Shown here one piece after another: positions 19,055 through 27,124 of a stretch of DNA of 32,000 nucleotides. Source of the stretch: Pseudomonas sp. PLMAX (GTDB taxonomy: Bacteria > Pseudomonadota > Gammaproteobacteria > Pseudomonadales > Pseudomonadaceae). Both the position numbers and the translations under genes were made by a program. Every line of letters begins with the position of its first letter. Positions within the stretch are counted from its first letter, which is position 1. The notes under the pieces were generated by a model. That model saw nothing but the letters and a program-made list of their open reading frames with translations. It ran no database searches and was not told the origin of the DNA. The stretch spans positions 483,475-515,474 of the forward strand of contig NZ_CP064950.1 in NCBI RefSeq assembly GCF_046042685.1, read 5' to 3'.

Positions 19055-20748
19055 ATGGAAAGCTCTCCCTGGTACTCGTTGTGCTCTCTCCTGGCGGGGG
19101 CTCTACGCTTCTCCTCCACCTGTGGCGCAGGGATGGTGAAATCCACCTCGGCAGCCGCTTTCTTGAACGCCTTGACCAGGGTCATTTCCCCGATCTCATC
19201 GCGCATGATTCGACGCAGCTTGAACTCACCGGTGGTGAAGGATTCGCCATGGTGGGAATGCATCACGTGGTTGAGTTCGTGGTGCAGCACGTCAATGATG
19301 TCAGGGATCTTGAACCCTTCTTTACGCACCATTTCAGGGTTCAGCATGATACTGATGCGGTTATTTTGGGTGTCTTTAGCGTTCAGTCCGACAACAGAGC
19401 CGTAAACGAACCCAGGCTGAATCAGCAGATCATCCTGGAAGAATTGCCCCTTGGCATCCATCTTGATCCCAAGTGCAGTCCGGTAGCTCTCGTTTTCCAG
19501 GAGCACGCTCATCATCTTGCTCCAGCCGGCAGCGATCTTCGCATTGCGCTGCAGGCTCATACTGCTGGCGATCTGCGCGGAATGCGTGTGCGCGTTCTCC
19601 CTGCTCGTGTCGGAGTCGGAGAATTTCACTTTGAAGTTCGGCGGGTACCACTGACTTGGGATCTTGCTGATCTTATCGTCAAGCTTGCTTTTGATGTCCT
19701 TGACCTTGTCCAGCAGCCCGGTGAAAGGATGCATGGCGTCGAGCGAGCTGATTTCATCGGCTAGCGCGTTCAACTTTTCCATCACGGAGCTTGCGGTCAT
19801 GTTGAGGGACGCAGCCTGCTGCATTACCTCGTCCTGCTCCGCCTTGGATAGGGACTCGAATCTTACCGCCCGCTCATTCAGGGTCAGATCGATATCCCCG
19901 CTGAGCTTCAACTTCTCGCGGTCGTTTGCAAGATCTTGCATGATCTTGTTCAGGATCTCGGTCTTATCTTTGCTCAGCGAATCCCGGTTGGAGGTCAACA
20001 TCTCCAAGGAATGCCCTTTTAGCTCAAGAGCCCCGTGGAAAGCTGCGCCATCAGTCCACAATCTGGACTTAAACATCGCGAGTCCATTCATCCTGACCCA
20101 AATCGTGGACGTGGATGAGTAAGTGCTCTCGTAGTCGCCGAACGTAAGGTGCCCCAAAGCGGTTTCAAGTTTGTAGGGCTGAGGGGTTTTCTTGGCGGTG
20201 AGCGTCTCGCCGTTCAATGTGACTTTGATGTCTTTGCCGAGGTTGGAGGCTGATACCAGCTCGCGTAGGGCCTCTTCCATGCTCCAGGCGCTGTTATCCT
20301 CAGTCGTCATCTCGACTTCAAGGCGTACACCCTTACGGACGTCAGCGACTTCCTTCCAGCCATATTTGGCGGCGGTGCCCACGACCTCGAGGTTCTGAGT
20401 TTTGATCTTGTAGTTGAGATGCGCAAAGGCCAACAGAACCTTGGCATACCCGAAGCCACCGGTATTCCCATCCTCTTTCTGGCTCCCGCCCATCTTGAGG
20501 AACACGTTGATCAGGACATCCTGGTTCATGCCCTTGCCGTCGTCATCACACACGACCAAGAGCTTTTTAGCGTCATAGTCCTGCTTGATCGTGAAATCGA
20601 TGTTTTTGGCGCCAGCATCACGAGAGTTTTGCAGCGCTTCACGGGCCCATGCCAACTTGAAGTCGTTGTAGGAGAGCTTCTCCTTTACGAAGAAGTCGCC
20701 TGGTAGCTGAATGGTGCCGGCCTGGAGTTCGGTGTCTGGGGTATGCAT
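19051..20748 (-). CDS. GHKL (Bergerat-fold, HATPase_c-type) ATPase fused to a C-terminal HExxH metallopeptidase-like module; ends ...NEYQGELSI
   Basis: 565 aa. N-box 'EALQNSRDAG' (E37/N41/D44), G1 box 'VVCDDDGKGM' (res ~65-74) and G2 box 'TGGFGYAKV'. Near the C-terminus is 'VLHHELNHVMHSHHGE' (res ~488-503, nt ~19240-19287), i.e. HExxH with a further His six residues after the second His (metzincin-like spacing, with H instead of G in the middle). Confidence 0.75.
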   Translation of the reverse strand: MHTPDTELQAGTIQLPGDFFVKEKLSYNDFKLAWAREALQNSRDAGAKNIDFTIKQDYDAKKLLVVCDDDGKGMNQDVLINVFLKMGGSQKEDGNTGGFGYAKVLLAFAHLNYKIKTQNLEVVGTAAKYGWKEVADVRKGVRLEVEMTTEDNSAWSMEEALRELVSASNLGKDIKVTLNGETLTAKKTPQPYKLETALGHLTFGDYESTYSSTSTIWVRMNGLAMFKSRLWTDGAAFHGALELKGHSLEMLTSNRDSLSKDKTEILNKIMQDLANDREKLKLSGDIDLTLNERAVRFESLSKAEQDEVMQQAASLNMTASSVMEKLNALADEISSLDAMHPFTGLLDKVKDIKSKLDDKISKIPSQWYPPNFKVKFSDSDTSRENAHTHSAQIASSMSLQRNAKIAAGWSKMMSVLLENESYRTALGIKMDAKGQFFQDDLLIQPGFVYGSVVGLNAKDTQNNRISIMLNPEMVRKEGFKIPDIIDVLHHELNHVMHSHHGESFTTGEFKLRRIMRDEIGEMTLVKAFKKAAAEVDFTIPAPQVEEKRRAPARREHNEYQGELSI

Positions 20749-20766
20749 TTACGGTTTCTCTTATTC

Positions 20767-21171
20767 TTATGGGCTTGGTGTTTGGTCTTTGGCCGGAGGC
20801 AACAGGCCTGAGGAAGGATGCTTTTCGATGAGCTTCAGGTGGCGCTTATCAAAGGCATCGACCGTGAACCCTTCTTTCTCTGAAAACCCAATCGTGAAGG
20901 TTTCCGCGACAAGCCCTTCGAAATGCTTTTCAGCGACTCTGGGCGCTAATTGATCTAGCACCTCCTGAATCAACCTAGCCGGATCCTGAAGTCGTGCCAA
21001 TAATTGCTCTTTGTTGTCAAATCGAAGCCGGTACGCGACCGATTCCGAAGACACAACCTCACCAGGTTTCCAACGCTTCGAGAAATGCTGTGTGAATTGG
21101 ATGAAATGGGGCTTTCTCCCATAGTCAAAACCGAAGTGTGCCATCACCGGTGCTGGTTTGATCGCCATCAT
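20767..21171 (-). CDS. Hypothetical protein (134 aa), first gene of the GHKL operon
   Basis: ORF with a GAGGA RBS. It ends 19 nt upstream of the GHKL gene start. No motif recognised. Confidence 0.65.
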   Translation of the reverse strand: MMAIKPAPVMAHFGFDYGRKPHFIQFTQHFSKRWKPGEVVSSESVAYRLRFDNKEQLLARLQDPARLIQEVLDQLAPRVAEKHFEGLVAETFTIGFSEKEGFTVDAFDKRHLKLIEKHPSSGLLPPAKDQTPSP

Positions 21172-21225
21172 GGAGTCCTCTGTATTACTCTATTCTGAAG
21201 AGTGAGCCCATAAGGAATCAAGGAA

Positions 21226-21804
21226 TTGACGGACTTACCGAGAGAAACTGGTGATGAGCTTAAAGCCTGCATCGCCGCGACAGCCCTTCTTGAGTCTGTC
21301 TTGCGCGGAAACTCCCGTAACCTGCTGGTCATGATGGACGAGGTTTATGAGGCCTATGGCGCAACGTACCCTATGTCCCCGGTCGCCAGGGTCATGCTTA
21401 AAGCCAACATGGCAAGGGCCATCCTTCATCAGTCGACGTCCGGCTCATACCGTGAGCGGGGTATCTTGCTCTGTGGCGAGATCTTGAGCATTCTGAATAG
21501 ACACGACGCCTTTGACTCGGCCCGTGGCGCCCTTTCCACTGCACAACGAGACGAGTTGAAGCGTGCTTGCGACCTGATGGTGCGGGTCGGCCTCTCACAA
21601 CACGATTATGTCTTGAATGAGCTCTCCATCCACCCACACATGGAGGAAAGTTCGGTGCTTGTTGAGCAGGCCCGCATAGAGCGAGCAATAGCGCCGAACA
21701 TTGGATCGCCACAAATGCCCGAGGCGTTCAAAGCCGCCCACCGGGCGTACAAAAGTCTACAGAACAACGGGCCGAGAGTTGAGGCCCTGGGAATGGAGAG
21801 GTAA
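21226..21804 (+). CDS. Hypothetical helical protein (192 aa, TTG start)
   Basis: ORF divergent from the GHKL operon across a 54-bp spacer. AGGAA sits 8 nt upstream of the TTG. It stops 2 nt before the HNH gene. Confidence 0.6.
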   Translation: MTDLPRETGDELKACIAATALLESVLRGNSRNLLVMMDEVYEAYGATYPMSPVARVMLKANMARAILHQSTSGSYRERGILLCGEILSILNRHDAFDSARGALSTAQRDELKRACDLMVRVGLSQHDYVLNELSIHPHMEESSVLVEQARIERAIAPNIGSPQMPEAFKAAHRAYKSLQNNGPRVEALGMER

Positions 21805-21806
21805 GG

Positions 21807-22244
21807 ATGGACGGGAAGCGCCAGGATCGACTCGCAAAGCTTGTGCCGAAGGTAGGGCCGGATGACGCAGGGAAACTCTTAGGTGAGTCAGGTGAGTGGC
21901 GCAACTTCGCTCGCCGCATACAGCGCCACCCTGCGATCCTGGAGGAGTTAAAGGCACGCCAGGCCCACCGGTGCCCTGTATGCAATTGCGGCCTTGAGGG
22001 GGCGCTGACGATCCATCACGTGTCGTACATCAACCGATGCGTTACCACGGACACTATTGAGCTCACGCACGCTACTGCTACGCGCTCCGAGCGGACTGTT
22101 AAGGCACCTCCCTGTGCCGGGTGCCCATCCATGGCCCGCTGCCTTGGCTTCTTGGCCCTCGTTCATAACGCGTGTCACGTAAAGATTCACGCGCATGAGA
22201 GGGTTCTAAAAGGAGTCGCTACTTCATCGCAGGGCGATGCCTGA
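21807..22244 (+). CDS. HNH-type endonuclease-like protein
   Basis: 145 aa. 'HRCPVCNCGLEGALTIHHVSY' (CxxC plus HH) and 'LALVHNACHVKIH' (N...CHxxxH) reproduce the HNH beta-beta-alpha metal-finger pattern. An extra 'CAGCPSMARC' cysteine pair lies between them. Confidence 0.6.
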   Translation: MDGKRQDRLAKLVPKVGPDDAGKLLGESGEWRNFARRIQRHPAILEELKARQAHRCPVCNCGLEGALTIHHVSYINRCVTTDTIELTHATATRSERTVKAPPCAGCPSMARCLGFLALVHNACHVKIHAHERVLKGVATSSQGDA

Positions 22245-22254
22245 GCCGTACGCT

Positions 22255-22911
22255 TTAAGCGGGCAGTTGCAGAGCTTCAGTCAGAATTTTGAAGATGTCC
22301 TGGTGGACTTTCTCGATTGGCTGCTCTGCATCGATGTTGCACCAGCGCTTGTGGGTCGCCGGCGTTTCGTTTCTCGAGATGCGCAGGTAGTTCTCCCGCA
22401 CTTGCTTCATGAACTCAAAGCCGCGAAGTTCGAACTTATCGAGTGCAATGCCCTTGGCCACTCTCTGCTCTGCCATGCGTTTTACGCTGGTCTCTGGGCT
22501 GATATCCAGGAACAGCACCAGATCGGGCTCGAGAAGGTAAGGCTGGCAAATGGCATGAACCGCCTCCAGCTCAGTTTGAGTTTGCTTCTGGTAGGCGAAG
22601 GAGCTCGCATAATAGCGTTCGCTCAAAACATGGCTACCGTTTTCGAGCGACGGGATGATCAGGCTCTGGGTGTGATCGCAGCGGGCACCGTAGAAGCCCA
22701 TGACCTCGCAGATTCCTGGCGTAACGTACTCTTTCGATGTTACTACCGCTCTCAGCGCTTCAGCGTAAGGCGTGCCGCCCGGCTCACGCGTGTGCACAAC
22801 ACGCTGACCTTTCGAGGCCAGGAAATTCATAATGGCAATTGATGCCTTTCCTTTCCCGGCTGCTTCGATGCCTTCAAGCACAATGAGTTTGGACTGCATG
22901 ACTGATCTCAT
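22255..22911 (-). CDS. tmk: Thymidylate (dTMP) kinase
   Basis: 218 aa (the start may be the second ATG at 22899). P-loop 'LIVLEGIEAAGKGKAS', 'TREPGGTPYAEALR' and 'ERYYASSFAYQ' (DRY-like motif), with the LID region following. The plus-strand ORF 22237..22842 is judged a shadow. Confidence 0.9.
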   Translation of the reverse strand: MRSVMQSKLIVLEGIEAAGKGKASIAIMNFLASKGQRVVHTREPGGTPYAEALRAVVTSKEYVTPGICEVMGFYGARCDHTQSLIIPSLENGSHVLSERYYASSFAYQKQTQTELEAVHAICQPYLLEPDLVLFLDISPETSVKRMAEQRVAKGIALDKFELRGFEFMKQVRENYLRISRNETPATHKRWCNIDAEQPIEKVHQDIFKILTEALQLPA

Positions 22912-22956
22912 ATTCTGATTTGGTTTGTGCGCGACCTTCCTGTGTCGTATGCGGAT

Positions 22957-22983
22957 GAAAAAAGGGCCTGGAATCCAGGCCCT
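22957..22983 (-). terminator. Rho-independent terminator (minus strand) after the 218-aa gene
   Basis: The minus strand reads AGGGCCTGG-ATT-CCAGGCCCT followed by TTTTTTC. Stem 22963-22971 / 22975-22983; A-run 22958-22963 on the plus strand. Confidence 0.8.
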
Positions 22984-22998
22984 CTTCGCAAGAGAGGT

Positions 22999-23628
22999 TT
23001 AAACCTCTACTGGCTCGTCAGGCTCGCCAACCGAACCGGCTGGGGCAAACAGCTCGACCAGGTTCTTTTCTTCCGGATCTTCAGCAACCGGCGCCGGGGC
23101 AGCTGCGGCCACCACTGGAGTTGGAGTGTCGATGATCGCGGCTGGGATCAGTGGCTTGGCTTCACCATCCAGTTCTTCATCGTCGTCTTCTGCCGAGATC
23201 TGGATACCGATCAGGTTGGACAGGTCGCCAGATTCAGTCAGATCCTTCATGTCGGTCGGGATCTTTCTCAGGCCAGCAGCCAACGCTTCCAGCGAATCGG
23301 CAATGGCCAGGTTCGAGTGAGCGTAGGATTCTTTGTAGGACACGATGGTAACGATGCCGATACCCTCGATGCGAGCACGCATGGTGATACCGTTGGCGTC
23401 CTTGCTGACCTTCAGGCCGTCACGGCTGCAATCGATCCAGGCGATGCTCGGAGCCGGCGCGAAGCGGATTTTGACCTTGGCCTTTCCGGCGAGCGAGGCT
23501 TCGAAACCGTCGACGTGGGGCTTCATCAACGTCAGCAGAGTTTGCTCGTCCGGTGCCATGGTGCTGACGGCGGCGAAAACGCTGGTGATGATTTGCCACT
23601 GCTGTTGCTGCTGCTTATTGAGATTCAT
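22999..23628 (-). CDS. Hypothetical protein with Gln-run N-terminus and acidic Pro/Ala-rich C-terminal tail
   Basis: The track ORF starts at TTG 23655; the first ATG (23628) gives MNLNKQQQQQWQ.... The C-terminal third is low-complexity and acidic (ISAEDDDEELDGE...PVVAAAAPAPVAEDPEE...GEPDEPVEV). A minus-strand terminator lies downstream. The antisense ORF 22927..23730 is R/W-rich and judged spurious. Confidence 0.6.
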   Translation of the reverse strand: MNLNKQQQQQWQIITSVFAAVSTMAPDEQTLLTLMKPHVDGFEASLAGKAKVKIRFAPAPSIAWIDCSRDGLKVSKDANGITMRARIEGIGIVTIVSYKESYAHSNLAIADSLEALAAGLRKIPTDMKDLTESGDLSNLIGIQISAEDDDEELDGEAKPLIPAAIIDTPTPVVAAAAPAPVAEDPEEKNLVELFAPAGSVGEPDEPVEV

Positions 23629-23735
23629 CGTGGGTATCCAGGAGGGTGTATGCAAAGGCCTAAGGGCCAGGTCTTAAATTGGTATCAAAACCGAGCCGAT
23701 ATTTTCACATATATTGACAGGCCCGGCTAGGAAGA

Positions 23736-24371
23736 TCAGGTTTCGATAAACCATCTGATGGGGAGTGCTTTCATCGCGATGCAGGGGCCGGATTGCATGG
23801 TGACTACCTGACCCATATTTTCCAGGGCTTTGGTAACCAAGCCCGCACCAGCAAGGGGATGAGCAATACTCGAAAAGCCGGCGCCGAGGATGTATCGAGA
23901 GTGGGCTTCAATTTCCAGCTTACTGCCGATGAGCCAGGCTTCGCCACTGCGTCCGAGGGAGGCAATCATAGTGTCATGAAGCTCAAGAGCCTCTTCCAGC
24001 GCGCCTGGCTTCCATTGGCAAAGCACAATTTTTTCTGCCGGGACTTTCAGTTCATCATCGATGGTCATGAATTGCCAGGCGTTGGATACAGCTTCGGCCT
24101 GGATAATCCAGTGTTCCTGAGGCTCACCATCGGCGTTTAGCCTCGTGGTGAGTCTTAACGTACCGTTCAAACTGACATCGTCAGGAAGCTTGTCCACGAA
24201 GATGACCACAACCTTTTCGGCGCCAATCGGGACAACCCCGGACAACCCAGGAAAAATCCTGTGAGTCATGATCGGGGCGCCAGCAATGGGGGAATACAGC
24301 GGGTCGGCGGCGATAAAGGGGCTCTGAAGCCCCTTGGCAACCATTAACCCTTGGTCATTGATTAATTCCAC
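23736..24371 (-). CDS. Hypothetical protein (211 aa) translationally coupled to the patatin gene
   Basis: The ORF start overlaps the patatin stop by 10 nt. No motif recognised. Confidence 0.7.
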   Translation of the reverse strand: MELINDQGLMVAKGLQSPFIAADPLYSPIAGAPIMTHRIFPGLSGVVPIGAEKVVVIFVDKLPDDVSLNGTLRLTTRLNADGEPQEHWIIQAEAVSNAWQFMTIDDELKVPAEKIVLCQWKPGALEEALELHDTMIASLGRSGEAWLIGSKLEIEAHSRYILGAGFSSIAHPLAGAGLVTKALENMGQVVTMQSGPCIAMKALPIRWFIET

Positions 24372-26704
24372 GTGTAAGCCTCTTCAATCTTACGGCGCAT
24401 GGTAGTGGTCTTAGCCGGCGTGGGCAAGATGCGCCCAAGCAAGACCGAGCCCAAATTCCAATCATCATATCGACCATCGGTAAGGGAGGCAGTTAGAACG
24501 TCAGCATCCATCAGCGCCTGGGAAGGTAGGTTGAAGTTCGGCTTATGCCCCCTCTCCTCCAGCAGCTTATTCTCAATCGTGGCCAGGCTGATCAAGCGCC
24601 CCATTGCGAATCTGAGGTGTTTGTCAGCATCCCAGCGTAGGAGCCCGTGAGCAGCTTGTACGCCTGCCGCATGAAGCTTATCTCGCTCGCCCACAGGGGC
24701 ATGGAAGTCACCTGTACCCACTGTGCCAGTGTTGATGAGCCCGATGTTCTCCATAGTCTCAAGCGAAGGCATGTAGTTCGCACGCATGAGGTTTTTGATC
24801 GCAGAAGAGGCCAGCGAGCCCATGACAGCGCCAGTGCCACTCTTCATTGAGGCAAATGGATGCAGGATGCCATCCTTGACTTTCGAAAGCTTTCTGGAGA
24901 AACGCTCTGGCTCGAAGTGAACATCGATACCCACCGGCGTGGTGCCGTTACGTGCCAGCTCCTGTAGGGCTTCGTTCTCGATATTGTCTTCAAGAGCGGA
25001 GAGCATGAACCCGATAGTGTTCTCTCTCACCTCCTCCTGAGTTTTGTAGGCATCCGCGAACATTTTGTGAGGAAAATTTGTCGTCAGACCGCCATCGACC
25101 AGTCGCATGTTGTCGACTTTCATGGCCTGGAAGACGAATGGGAGGTTCATACTGGCCCTGACAGCCTTTTTGATTGGCATGTCAATATAACTGTGATGTT
25201 CAGAGGATGCTCGAACGAAAACTGGCTTAAAATCGCCGCCGTTATCGTAGTCACCGGTGCCTGGATCTGGCTCGCGGGCCACTGTGAATTCTTTGTCACG
25301 AGTCAGCTTACGCTTAATGTTGCTAGGGGTGATCGGGTAGTAACTGTCGGTTACGGCTACGCCAAACTCCTTAAAGCCGTAGTCGGGATTCATTTCACCC
25401 AAGGCCTTGAGCTGGGTGAAAGTGATATTGCGCATCTCCGTGAGCGTTCTGATCGGAGGATCAAGCCTCTCGAGGTGGGCATTGCTCACCTGTTTCAAGC
25501 GTTCCTGGATGATGTCCCCGATGAAATCTTCGACAGAGTCGCTGTTCTCGAGCGCATAAGGTCGTTTTACCCTGACACAGGTCAGTGCAGCCTGGAATGC
25601 TTCGCTACGACCCAGCAAATCATGGAAGCCTAGGGCTCCTTGCGCAATTTTCTTTGAGTGCAGGTACTTATTGAATTTGCCCATGGCAATGTCATAAATT
25701 TCCTGCAGGCTCATTTTGCAAGTAGGGTGCTTACCCTCCTCGATCAGCCTAAGGTCTTGTTGGACTCTTGAGTCTCCCCAGTGAGTCCAGGTTTTCACCG
25801 ACTCCTGGGAGTGATGCGCAAGCTCTGGCAAAAGGAATTTGCTCGCGAACTTGGACAGCATATTGCCTTCGTGCCACTGGTGCTCATCGAGACTCTTGGA
25901 TGAGATGGCATCGACAAGCTTTGTCACTGCCTTGAATTTTACAGTGCTCTCTGCGTAGAACTGAGCGAACCTCGAATGCTTCACGATCTCGTGAATTTCG
26001 CCGGCTGAGTAACCCAGGGCAATTGGGAGCCCCATCAGGGCACCTGCGGAGGTACCGCCAATGCGCTTAATGCCTTTGAGTAGGCCTGTATCCTCCAGAA
26101 CTTCCACAATCCCGGAATAAGCCATGCCCTTGGCACCACCACCTTGAAGTATCAGAACCTCTGGTTGGCGGCGATGACCGTGCTCCATGTCGTATTCAAG
26201 GCGCTGAGTCATTTGCTCTGCACGCTCGACACTTTCCCCAAACATCCCTTCCAGATGCTGCGTTATGGTCTGGGATTGGTTCATTTCTGTAAGTGTTGGG
26301 TTTGCTTTCTGCGATGTTTGTGCAACGACGATCTGAGCGCGCCTTAAGTGAAGGACTAGATCGTTGAAATCGTTGAGGATGTGCTTGTCCCCTTGCTTCA
26401 GTCGTGCATGAAAGCGTGAGAAAAGCTCGTCACCTGGAGAGTAATCAACGGACGGATCACGATGCTGTCCATGCACTCTATCGATAGAACAAATGTCGTG
26501 GATCGCGTTGTTATAGATCCTTGCTCGATACTCAGGATTTTGTAGGGTAGAAATGATGCCTGGGGCAATGTCATCAAGCGCAGCGATCAGCTCGTTTTCA
26601 GCTTTAGAAATGAAAACAGCCAACTTATGGGTCGTGTACTCTTTCAGGTAAGTAAGGAGAGCGTGCTGACGAGCTTTCTGGACTCGCTCTAGGATATCTG
26701 CCAT
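24362..26704 (-). CDS. Large patatin-like phospholipase (ExoU/VipD-style architecture)
   Basis: The track ORF begins at TTG 26716, but the ATG at 26704 has a GAGG RBS 6 nt upstream (MADILERV...). Oxyanion loop 'LILQGGGAKGMAYSG', nucleophile elbow 'IGGTSAGAL' (GxSxG) and catalytic Asp 'MRLVDGGLTTNFP' (DGG) roughly 350 residues downstream. A ~185-aa helical N-terminal extension and a ~200-aa C-terminal region flank these. Confidence 0.88.
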   Translation of the reverse strand: MADILERVQKARQHALLTYLKEYTTHKLAVFISKAENELIAALDDIAPGIISTLQNPEYRARIYNNAIHDICSIDRVHGQHRDPSVDYSPGDELFSRFHARLKQGDKHILNDFNDLVLHLRRAQIVVAQTSQKANPTLTEMNQSQTITQHLEGMFGESVERAEQMTQRLEYDMEHGHRRQPEVLILQGGGAKGMAYSGIVEVLEDTGLLKGIKRIGGTSAGALMGLPIALGYSAGEIHEIVKHSRFAQFYAESTVKFKAVTKLVDAISSKSLDEHQWHEGNMLSKFASKFLLPELAHHSQESVKTWTHWGDSRVQQDLRLIEEGKHPTCKMSLQEIYDIAMGKFNKYLHSKKIAQGALGFHDLLGRSEAFQAALTCVRVKRPYALENSDSVEDFIGDIIQERLKQVSNAHLERLDPPIRTLTEMRNITFTQLKALGEMNPDYGFKEFGVAVTDSYYPITPSNIKRKLTRDKEFTVAREPDPGTGDYDNGGDFKPVFVRASSEHHSYIDMPIKKAVRASMNLPFVFQAMKVDNMRLVDGGLTTNFPHKMFADAYKTQEEVRENTIGFMLSALEDNIENEALQELARNGTTPVGIDVHFEPERFSRKLSKVKDGILHPFASMKSGTGAVMGSLASSAIKNLMRANYMPSLETMENIGLINTGTVGTGDFHAPVGERDKLHAAGVQAAHGLLRWDADKHLRFAMGRLISLATIENKLLEERGHKPNFNLPSQALMDADVLTASLTDGRYDDWNLGSVLLGRILPTPAKTTTMRRKIEEAYTWN

Positions 26705-27054
26705 GAAATGCCTCAAGACCCGGTTTTTGTTATTTGAATATTAATGACACGGGCCATTAGAGTGAAGCAAGCACCCAAGCGCCAAAATGAAGCACTTTAA
26801 TTGATAGCAAAATACTGGTTTTCGGAGCTGTGAGGCATGTGCATCCATCCTGAAATTAGAGACCTCAAACCTAAATGAGAAGCAGTCTACAACTCCCGCA
26901 GAAGCACCTTAGCAGACTAGCAATTACGACAGACCCAGGCCTCAGTGCCGGTGATTGGCCACCATTTTGATGTTAAAAAATGCCAAATTACTCGCCTATT
27001 TCAACAAAGTAACTTTCCTGCAATAAAAATCACAGGTCATTCTCTGCCATTCAT

Positions 27055-27083
27055 TTGACACTATTTCGCCTCAATCCTATATT
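27055..27083 (+). promoter_or_regulatory. Near-consensus sigma-70 promoter of the H-NS-like gene
   Basis: TTGACA (27055-27060), a 17-nt spacer, then TATATT (27078-27083). A GGAG RBS sits 8 nt before the ATG at 27125. Confidence 0.6.
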
Positions 27084-27124
27084 TACAGCATCTATCATAA
27101 CGCCATGTATTTGGAGTTGCTGCA

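Noticed and set aside
22237-22842. 201-aa plus-strand ORF overlapping tmk
   Set aside because: The minus-strand frame has the canonical Tmk P-loop, TREPGGT and DRY-like motifs. The plus-strand ORF is a shadow.
22927-23730. 267-aa plus-strand ORF versus the 218-aa minus-strand ORF over the same DNA
   Set aside because: The plus-strand product is Arg/Trp/Gly-rich and looks non-protein-like. The minus-strand gene is followed by a clean minus-strand terminator (22957-22983) and fits the surrounding minus-strand operon. Confidence in the minus-strand call is still only moderate.
26780-27050. Possibility that the long spacer encodes an RsmY/RsmZ-like sponge RNA for the nearby Rsm homologue
   Set aside because: GGA motifs are sparse and not arranged in repeated stem-loop apices. 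I saw no convincing promoter-plus-terminator pair bracketing the segment. It is kept only as an unexplained spacer.
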